Source of the DNA: Geosiphon pyriformis uo1
Taxonomy: Eukaryota > Fungi > Glomeromycota
Assembly (NCBI GenBank): GCA_016748015.1
Contig: JAAOMT010000672.1
Location: forward strand, 483,752 to 547,751
Direction: 5' to 3'
DNA: 64,000 nt
Shown here: positions 54,501 through 64,000 of the stretch, one piece after another
Layout of the letters: each line of letters begins with the position of its first letter
Numbering within the stretch: position 1 is the first letter of the stretch
Translations under genes and position numbers: made by a program
Notes under the pieces: generated by a model
What the model was told of the DNA's origin: nothing
Databases searched by the model: none
The model's input: the letters and a program-made list of their open reading frames with translations, nothing else

Positions 54501-56550
54501 TTTTGCTATGAATAATTCCGATTTCCAAATTATTTAGTAAAATAATGGGGTAATGATTGGGGTTGTAAAAAGTAACTCGGATTTTTTTTATTCTTTTTGG
54601 AATATAAATGTTTGGGATTGAGATGCCATGTTTTGTGCAAATTTGTTTATTGGCTTCGAAGATTTGTGAGTTTTCCACAGGTATAAATTTTGTGATGTTC
54701 TCCAAAGGATGAAATGATTATTGGTTGTAGAAGTCTGAGAATCTGGTGAGATTTATTCTGTGTATTGAGAGCTATATTAACTGGAACCATGAATTGTCCA
54801 GTTGAACCAAAACTTTGGGTTCCTCTTTCGCTTTTCCCTAATTGTTCTCTTTAATTGACTAATTGCAAATCTGAAATGTTAATTAAGGGTAAATAAATAG
54901 CTTGGGCAATCTTTTTAGCATGTTCAATCTTGAATGGTTTGTCAGTTTCATTTTGAAGCATTACTGTAATATCTCTAGTGTATCCAGCATCAATAATTTT
55001 TCTTCTTATGTTGATTCCTTTGCTTGCTAGGAAGGATCAGGAGGCAATTTGCACCATCATTCCTGGTGGAATTTCAAGGGCAATTTTTAGATTAATTCTT
55101 ATAAGAAATTTTGGTTGAAGAATGAGGGTATCTTTTTCTGGATATCTTAGATCATATTCAGTATCAATTTCATGGGCTTTCTCAGGCTTGATTCTTTGTC
55201 CTTTATTGTTGAAGTATTTAAGTGTTATGGCAAGTTGGTTTTCAGCAAGATAAATAAAAGTTACTGGGACTTCTTCATCCTATATTCCAAATTCAATTTC
55301 ATACTGGTTATTTTTAATTAGTAGTGGGATGCTAAGGACATAGCATTCAGGACACTACTATTCATCACAAGGCATAATGCATTCTTCACATAGTCTAATG
55401 TTTATTTGCTCTAATTGTTGAATTTGAGCTTCTTGGATTGAATAAATGTGACTTGCAATTTGGTGGTAGACTTCTACTTCATCTTTGTAATCAAATCCAG
55501 CTAATTCCATAGTGTATTCAATGTATTCTGCTTCCTTCATTTGATGGACATCTTCTTTAATAGCTCTATTAACTAATGCCATTGCTAAGTTGAAAATTAT
55601 CTCAGCATCATGGGAGTAGTGATAAAGTTTGTTGAGAGCACTGTTGTATGTTGCATCAAAAGGTGTTCCTCTTTTGACTTTTTCTGAAATTGATAAAGCA
55701 TATTGGTAGATTTGATTGCAGACTCTTCCTCTCATTATTACATCAATTTAATTGTATTCTTCTGGTAGCATATCTCCACAAGTCAAACAAGGGGTGTTGT
55801 TCTATTTTTCACTTCTTTTTATTAGATGGCCCCATTATTTTCTGTAACAAGTCTTGCAGTAATAACAAGTATGATTTTCATATTCTTCTTCAAGTGAAAT
55901 GCAGGCTCCCATTAATGAAAGTTTTTTGTTACAATTTCTGTATTTAAGTGGAATGTAGGGTAATTGTTTTCATGGTTCTGGTATAGAATATCTAACTTTC
56001 TTCTATTTTCTTAATTCTTCAAAGATTTCTTGTTCTGTTTCTTCAGCCCAATTGGATGTTAATCCAAGAGCCATGTAGGTTTCAGTGAGTGGCATTTCTT
56101 TCTCTTCTTCAAATTCAAGTACTGGGGCTTTTTCTGATCGTTTGTTGAAAGTTCTACATATAGCAGATACTATGGTGTGTTGTTCTTGATATGAGATTTT
56201 TAATTCCTGAGTTTCCCAATCTAAATTTGCATTGGTCTTGAGAAGCCAATTATTTCTGAAAAGAGCTTGGTATTGGGGTGCATCTATAACTAGGACTTTA
56301 ACTGGAATAGTAATTCTATCAATGGTAAATAGAAAATTATCAATTTCTTCTACTGGTGTCTTCTTCATACCATCTATCGTAATGATGACAGTTTGAGCTG
56401 GTCTGTCAACAGTTCATTGAAGCTGTTGCATTAATTGATAGATGAGCAGATTTACTGTCTAATATTAAGCAAATTGGTTTTCCTTCTACTTTAGCTTCAA
56501 TATACATTGCTGTAATAGCTTTTTGTTTATTAACTGCTACATTGCTGAGT
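51550..56550 (-). pseudogene. Gypsy pol: protease - Cys-rich domain - dUTPase - RT - RNase H - integrase (GPF motif, no chromodomain)
   Basis: LILDSKS; WASPVVLIKKK, RFCIDYRQLN, VMPFGLCNPPATFQ, YLDN; LATDAS; H..HFG..CDSC; YHPQTNGLVK; WDGPF. Confidence 0.95.
54798..55230 (-). pseudogene. dUTPase domain within pol
   Basis: All five motifs are recognisable: TEYDL, IAS*SFLA, IIDAGYTRDI, KIAQAI, RGTQSFGSTG. Not in the ORF track because of stops. Confidence 0.92.
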
Positions 56551-58588
56551 AGAGATGGTGATTCATTGGCTTCAAATTCAAATAGAAAAATGTCTGAAAG
56601 ATTGGCATTTTGGGCAATTCTGGCTGGTGAGATAGTATTGTTGGAAGGATTTTGTCTTGGTGCTGCAGCTTCATTTTTAAAAAGTGCAGTTTGCTGAAAA
56701 TTTGATTCCTCTGGTATTGTAAGATAACTGGGTTGAGTGTGATAATGTATGGGCCTATATTGATTCGAATTTTGAGTGGTTAGTTGGTTGTTAGAATTAA
56801 ATCTGTTGTTGTTTGTTGAAAAACGGTTTTGTGGTATAAATTGATTATGTTGAATCAATCTTCTGGCTGGCACTTGATATTGTGATGTGAATGGTTGTTG
56901 ATACTGTTGTTGGATTGGTTGTGGAGCAGGTTGATAATAGTGGTTTGGATAATGCGGCCTTGGTAAATATTGAGCTAGTGGTGGTGGATAATATGTTGTT
57001 GTAGTTGGGAATAATGTTGATTATTTCTTTGTTGTTAATCTCATTGCAATTTTCTACAATCGTGTTTTCAGTGTCCTGGAATTCTACAATAATAACAATT
57101 TTGGATTTGGTTATTAGATGGTGGTCCAAAGTTGTTTTAATTGCATCATTGTAGGGGTTGGTATCTTTGTGGTTGTTGTGATTGCTGTGGCTGCTGTTGT
57201 TGCTGTTGGTTAGTGAAATAGTTTTCAACTTTCTTGGTTAATTGGTCAATTTTTTTTTCAGCTGCTGAACTGGTTTTTCTAATAGCCAGATTAACAAGTT
57301 TGGTACAGTTGACTTCTTCCATGGCCATTTTATAGTTTTTCACCTGCTGAATAGTAGTGGCTAAATCTTCTGGTGCATGTGGGCAAACTTTCTTGATAAG
57401 TTTGTCTTTTAGTCTAGCAATGAATTGATCCAAGATTTGTGCATTGGAGTAGTATTCATTTGTTTCCAATTGGCAAATCCTTCTAAGCAGTTTGTTGAAT
57501 TTTCCAAGATAGGTCATAACTGATTCACTTGGTTCTTGCTTGATATTTTGGAACTGATTTCAAAGGATAATGGAAGTGTTATTGTTAGTAAACTGTTCTA
57601 GGAAAGCAGTTTTGAATGCTTCCTAGTTTTCTGGTGCGGCTTCCAAGTTTTCAAACCATTCGCCAGCCATTCTTTGTAAGAAATATGGAATTGCTTTTAA
57701 CATTCTGATAGCATTCCAACCATTTGCATCTCCTGCTTTTGAGACTTTGTCAAGCCATTCTTGATAACTGGTTTTGCTGTCTTCTCCTGTGAACTCAGGA
57801 ATTTTTGCAATATATGGGGAAGCCATTTCTTTTTCATTTTCAACATCTTCTGTTTCTAATTCTGCTTCAGTTTCTTCACTTTCCAAGCTTTCTGAATAAT
57901 TGCTTTCATTTTCCTGTAGGTAATCAAGAAGGTTGGTACTAATTGATACTGGTTCCTGCTGTTGAATAGGTTTTTTTTGTGAAGTGAAATCTTCTGGTCT
58001 TAAAAATCAAATAAGAGGTGAATTTGGTGTTTGTGGTTAAGCAAGTGAAATTAGAAATGGTGTAATAGAAAGTGGTAATTTGACACTGGTTCCTTGTTCA
58101 GGTGTTTGCAAGTGTTTGGCAGTTGTTTTTGTCAGTATTGGAGTGTTTGGAGTAGTTTTTGAGTGTTGTTTTGCTTTTTGTTTGCCTTTGTTGCTTGTTT
58201 TTATTTCTAATTCAAAGTCAAAAGAGTATTTGGACTGCACTGGATATTTTTCTTTGCAATACTTGATAATGTTATAATTGAGTTCTTGAAAGTAGATGGC
58301 AAGTGTTTTACTGTTAAGGTCTTCAGTTCCTAATCGTGAATAGTGCGCTAAATTATTGTAGAGATTGCTTCTAACTTCTAAAATGTTGTAATTTCCAAAA
58401 AGATAATTGTTGATACAATTTTTAATATATAAGTAAAGTGTTTTCTTAACAATTTCAATTCCGTCTGGAATGTTGAATCTTTGCTTGCAATGGGTGTAAA
58501 TTGACTGGTAATACTCTAGAGTTGCTGTGTCTGGTGTGATCACCACTTTGAATTTTGTTGTTGCTGTGTTATTTCTATGGGAGAGCAC
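56550..58588 (-). pseudogene. Gypsy gag with long N-terminal extension
   Basis: IAKIPEFTGED..EWL..AGDANGW capsid motif; knuckle CYYCRIPGH*KHDC (~57058-57100); Q/P/N-rich linker. Confidence 0.9.
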
Positions 58589-58592
58589 TAAA
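58575..58592 (-). promoter_or_regulatory. Putative primer-binding site
   Basis: TTTAGTGCTCTCCCATAG immediately after the 5' LTR; reads as TGGTGCTCTCC with one G>A change; cognate tRNA not determined. Confidence 0.7.
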
Positions 58593-59569
58593 TGTTACTG
58601 GAGGTTTTTGGTCTCTTTTCTTAAATGTTGTTGATACCTGTTTGCTGTGAATTCATGTTTTCTGGATGTGGTTAAACCTTCAGTAACTGAATTTATCTTC
58701 AAATTATCTCCTATAATTTGAACTGCTGGGCTTATAAGTAGAATGGCCAATTCCATACCAGTTACTTGTATAGTTACGTTGTAGTAAACGTCAACTCTTT
58801 CCCAGAAATTGCTTGTCTGGAAGCTCACTAAAAATGTGTAGTTACTTTGCTATGAAAGTCAACTCTTCTACAGAAATCTCATTTGTAGGCTACCCAAATG
58901 ATTATAATAAGAAAAAGAAAAGAAAAATAAAAAAATGTAAAAAAAAGGAATTTTGTCAAGGGAAACGTTTTCTATCCAGACCTGGAGTCACTAACAGTTT
59001 ACTGAAATTGGTAGCTAATCAATTTCAAAACATTAGTTGGGTTTTGGGAATTTTCAAGTACAATAATTAAGGAAGTTGATTTTTGAATTATTTGATTTTT
59101 ATTTCGTTTTTGTGAGAACAATTCTAATTAATAAGTCTCAAGTAAGATATCTAAAGGTAAAGATATATTTTCTTGAAAAGAGAAGCTCTTCTTTTATACA
59201 ACTTGTTGTAGTACTAGTCTATGAACTTGAACTATTTTCTTTACTATGGTTTCGATGAACTAAAAATATCTTTCAGCAAATTTACAAGTTATTTCTACAA
59301 ACTATTGAATATTTTAGTGAACTATTAATTATTTTTGGCAAATTTTTACAAATTTCGGCAAACTCTTGAATATTAAATGATTCGGGATATTGTATAATTT
59401 GATAATCCTAATTTCTATAGTACAAATTGGGTTATTAATTGATTGATAATATTTGATAATTTGATTAAATAATAAATGATAATTTGAACAATAATATATG
59501 CTAATTTAATGGTAAAAATTATAAAGATAATATTATGTTAATTAATATCTCAAGTTTCAGTTGGTAACA
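58593..59569 (-). repeat. 5' LTR
   Basis: Direct repeat of 49767-50741; perfect TGTTAC/GTAACA ends; followed on the minus strand by the PBS. Confidence 0.95.
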
Positions 59570-60839
59570 GTGACTTAGTTTTGGAATATCCCTCAAAGAA
59601 AGATAATATCTATAGTAATAAGTTTTTTAGCTAATAAAAAAAATCTTTTATAGTCAATAAAGTTTTGAACAATAGTTTTTATATCCTATAAGATTAATAT
59701 AAAACAATCTTCAATAATTACCCTAATTATAATACACAATTCAAAAAATATTACAAATGGTCTGATTGGTTATCTGTTATAATAATATTAATTCAAATAA
59801 TTAGCAAAAATTAGATATAAATAAATACATCATTTCCAAAACAAAGATATTTTTAATCAATATAAACAATTATTTTCTAGATTAAACTATTCAAAATGTC
59901 TTCTATATTTTCCATAAATATTGGATCAAAACTATTCAAATACTATTTTAACTATTGGAAAACAGACTATTATAACTAATAACAATAGAATACATACTGT
60001 TATTAAACCAAAGAAAACCACTACTAAAAGACAAAAAATTGGTAACAAAATAGATAAATATCTGCTAGAAAATATAACAGTAGTAATATTTTTATTTTTT
60101 ATTACAATTGGAAAAATGATTTAAGAAATTTTATTTATAGACAAAAACTTGTCATATAAAAAGCAATTAAAACTCTATAGTTGTCTTAATAAAATCATAA
60201 AAAATATAAAACTCTTAAAGAAAACAACTTTAAATATACAAGTAAAAATTTTGGGCATTATATGATTAGATGTTTTAAGAGTTTTGATCATTGCTAAAAG
60301 AGCCAAAAATTTTATACAAAGATTTAGTCTTTTGGATTATAATAAGTAAAATGTCTTCTTAAAATAAGTTTTTTTTTATAATTTTAATATAATATTGTTT
60401 TAACTGGTTTAAATACCTAATTACATACATAATTTATACTTAGTTTAAATTATTTAATTTTTTAAAAAAGTTTTTAAATAAATTTAATTAAAAATATATT
60501 ATAAATAATATAAATTTTAGCTGAATACTTATTTAGAAACAAGTTTTAAAAATTTTAAAATTATCTATTATATTAATTTTTAATAAAAAAACAAATCAAA
60601 CAGAAAAACAAAAAATTAAGTTTGATAAAATTTAATTTATTTTTGTTGTATTTTAAACAATATTTTTTTGATTATTATAGTAAATATAAATAATTATTTA
60701 TACAATAAAAAATAAAATAAATTTTGACACTTTTATAAAAAAAACTACTTTTATATTATAAATTAAAATAAATAAATAACAAAAAAAAATTATTAAAAAT
60801 AATAAAATTTTATTAAAAAAGTAAATTATGATGAATTAA

Positions 60840-62469
60840 AAGACTTTTTATAGGTAGAAAAAACTTGATCTAAGAGAATCTGTCCTTTTTTGGTTTAAAT
60901 AAATATCTCAATTTTTGCATAATAATGGTACTCTGTTGTCTGATTTTGCAAGAACTGGTTGGCTTACTGGTTTGAACATTTTGAATTCTCAAGAATTTTC
61001 TGTTGTATAGAGTAGTTTGTACAAGATTTGGTCTGGTTCATTTGATGTTTTCACAGATGGTTTATTAAAGAATCTTGGCTCAGCAGATGTTACCAATGGT
61101 GCAGCTGTGTACTTTCCTGTTGTGAATCTTAGTTTTGGAGTTGGAATTCAAAGATTGTTGTCTTCTACTTTGGCCAAGTTGCAGACTGTTGCTTTGATGC
61201 TAGAGTGTATTCTATCTTTTTGCCCAGTAGTATTGCATATTAACAGTCAAGCTGTCATTAATACTTGTATGTCTGAGTTGTCTTTTGTTGTGTCTGACTT
61301 CCACACTTCATGCTGGATAAAAAAACATCACATTTTTAATTTGATTCATAAGAAAGACATTAGTGTAAAATAGATAAAGGTTAAAGATCATTCTGGAATT
61401 TGTGGCAATATAAAGACTAATGTTGCTGTTGGTAATGCTATATGCTCTTGGTTTTTCTTACTGGTGGAGGTGCAAGAACATTTTTTGGTGACTAAGGACA
61501 CAGTTGTATCTGACAATGCCTGGTATTTTGTTCAAGATTTGTACAAGTCTGTTTGTTGTGTTCACTGAGAAATCAGATCTGGTCACAATATTATTCTAAA
61601 TGAGTTAATTAAGAGTATTGACTAGGGAGCCACCTTAAGTGTATAGCATCCTGACTTGCATATGCTTGCTGGATCTACTAGTTAGAAGTCTTTTGTTCTA
61701 TGTTCATATTTAATAAAAGCTGTATACCAATGGCTTTTAGTAGTAGTTAGGAAAAGATTATATGATAAAAGTTATTTTGGTGTACTGTATTTGTTGTATA
61801 GTGAGGTGGAGCTACCTGATCATGTCTTTTTATGCACTTTGAATGTTGGTGTTTGGGGGGAAATTCTGGCTGAGACTTTTGCTTTATAAGTCTCTTTGGT
61901 GGGGAATAATACTTTATTTTCTTCTGTAGTTTTGCAGTTCCTTGGTCTTTGCTTTTTAGATGTTGGTTTATATTCAGTTGTATATAAAGAGTTTGTTATA
62001 AAGGATTAGTATGTAGAAACTGTTGGGATTTTTGATAATAAGAAGAAAGCTGTTGGTGTTGTTATTAATTATGTGAGGCATTTTGTTGAATTATATTATT
62101 CTAGGATCTGATTGGTAAGGTCTAAGCATAGGATGGACATAGAAAGAACTGGCTTAGTTAAAAATAATGGGTTGGTATTAGGTTTGTTGTATTATGTGAT
62201 GCATGTATTATCGCATAGTATAGTTAGAATGCTTGACATAACTGACTTTCTTGCTGTTAGTTTTGGCTGTTGTAGATTTTGTCTTTTCTTTTTTAGGTTA
62301 GATTGTGATCTATATATTGTTATAAGTGTGTAGTATTGTCTTGTTTGGCCTGAATAGCTAGCCACATATAGAAAGTGCATGAATTGTATTTAGTTTGAGC
62401 CTTTTAGTATAGTTCTATATACTAGATAGTAGTTGGGCTTCATTCATTAAATACATTTTAAAAAAAAAA
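60840..62469 (+). mobile_element. 5'-truncated LINE (RNase H to 3' end)
   Basis: DVFTDGLLKNLG, AKLQTVALML, KVKDHSG, eroded CCHC, stop ~62333, 3'UTR element, A-tail 62460-62469. Confidence 0.92.
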
Positions 62470-63532
62470 GTAAATTAAATTTGTAGAAATTATAACTGTT
62501 TAATTTTTCAAAAAAATTTAAAAGTATAGTAATACTTTATTATTATTTTATGTTTTATTTATTTATTTTTAGAATCAATTATAAAATTTTTAAAATTTTA
62601 CTTATAAAAATTAACTTGTTTAATAAATATATAGTTAAATTTATTAGTGTTTTAATAATTTAAATTAATTTTTTATTGATTATTAAAAATAAATATCAAA
62701 ATCTTTTTATATTAAAAGTATTATTATTATTATTTTGTTGTTTAAAAATTCATAAAACTATAATATATATCTTTTAAAAAATAAAAATAATAAATTTATT
62801 AATAAAAATTAAAAAAAATAATTAATAATTTTGTAAAAAATATAAAGTATTAATGTAAAAATTATTAAACTTAAATATATAAATATGTTTAAATAAAAAA
62901 TTAAATAAGTATTTAAATAAAAATTTGTTAAATACTTAAATAAAATAAAAGCAAATAGTTTTTTTAATTTATATAGCTTAAATTATTGGTTATATATAAA
63001 AAATGTGTAAGTAATATTTTTGTTTTAAGTTTTAATTAAATTTAATTTAATTAATACATACAAATAACATTATTAAATTTGTTTTATATATAAATTAAAT
63101 ATATAAATTTTTATTTAATAAGTTTAAAATTAATATAAAGTTACATATATATATACAAATTAATAATAAAAACATTTAATACTGGTTTAATTTTTTCCAA
63201 TTTTAAAACTTTTCATTATTTTATTTTAAAATAATAAAACGAATTTTATTCAATATTAAAATATATAAAACAATAATAATGTTAATTTAATAAAACAAAA
63301 ATAATTTAATGAATATTGCACAATACAATAATTATTAAAAAAAAACAATTATATTATATAGGCATACCGCAGGGGGTAAAAACTCTGATTATTGTTATAA
63401 TTTAACAAAGGCGAGTTTGTTACCTAAATAGTAAATTTATACTGATAAATCAGAGATCTGAAACGTCATTGACACGAACCAAACATATATTACGCCATAT
63501 CTTCCCAAACTATAACAAACACGCAAAATAGC

Positions 63533-64000
63533 ATGACGAGCGTTGAAGATATTAAATGTCAATTAGAGGTGGCTACGACCGAGTATAGGAGATGCGTGGA
63601 GGAGCTGAAGGAAAAGGGTGAGAAGCTGGGTGAAAAGGAAGTTGAGTTACGTGACCTGAAGAAGAATTTGAGACAGAGGAAGTACAAGGACGAAAACGAA
63701 AAGAATTGGTGGATAGAAGATGTGCAAGAGCTAGAAAAGCAAAAAGAAAAGCTAGAAGAAGAAGTGAAGGAGCTAAAAACGAGTAAAGATAGATGGGAGG
63801 TGCAGATGCAAAAATTACAAATTGCTTTGATGGAAATAACTAAGATAGGTAACGACTTCGTGACTTGTGACTTGAACGTTGGGGACAGAGTTTATGACTT
63901 TGGATAATGACTGACTCATGAGTGTTGCACTCGCAACTTCAACGTTCTTGAATGTTGTTTCACTTGCAGAACTCGAGCGTCCTCCAAAAAGACCACGCAG
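63533..64000 (+). CDS. 5' part of a gene with an N-terminal coiled coil; probable intron 63849-63969; continues beyond the window
   Basis: ATG ORF, E/K-rich heptads, CpG-rich; G|GTAAC...TTGCAG| splice gives the in-frame continuation ELERPPKRPR. Confidence 0.75.

Larger units (their letters stand above)
49767..59569 (-). mobile_element. Full-length Ty3/Gypsy LTR retrotransposon (9.8 kb) with dUTPase and extra ORF
   Basis: Two ~975-bp LTRs, TGTTAC...GTAACA termini, 4-bp TSD GTGA (49763-49766 and 59570-59573), PBS, PPT, domain order PR-RT-RH-IN. Confidence 0.97.
44460..60350 (+). mobile_element. Older Ty3/Gypsy element of a second family (gag-PR-RT-RH-IN), interrupted by the younger Gypsy; LTRs not securely identified
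   Basis: Gag knuckle CYHYKLTRHFSKNC (~45777-45820), protease LILNSRLSIS (~46470), RT IYLDNII (47824-47844), integrase HHCC and core (48920-49570); LSIGD|LVLEY is split by the insertion and resumes at 59574. Confidence 0.88.

Overview
Eukaryotic, very AT-rich, transposon-dominated window. The gene families (Sel1-repeat/kinase, class-3 lipase) and the retroelements resemble Glomeromycota (AM fungi), possibly Geosiphon; this is from recall and was not checked by search. Most of the window is layered, nested TEs: at least six copies or fragments of an RNase H-containing non-LTR (LINE) family of very different ages, two Ty3/Gypsy families (one full-length copy with both LTRs, TSD, a Cys-rich insert, a dUTPase and an extra 3' ORF), and a TIR-bounded Tc1/mariner. 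A CpG-retaining gene island (about 11-21.3 kb) holds a Q/N-rich coiled-coil ORF and its decayed paralog, a Sel1-kinase pseudogene and an intact 5-exon lipase-3 gene lacking the catalytic Ser. Another gene starts at the right edge. Strongest signals: (1) repeat-restricted, directional C>T/G>A hypermutation that includes non-CpG contexts (RIP-like); (2) a conserved three-way-junction RNA element at LINE 3' ends, one copy of which directly follows a host ORF; (3) the unusual domain content of the Gypsy element. All reading was by eye; boundaries of old elements are approximate.
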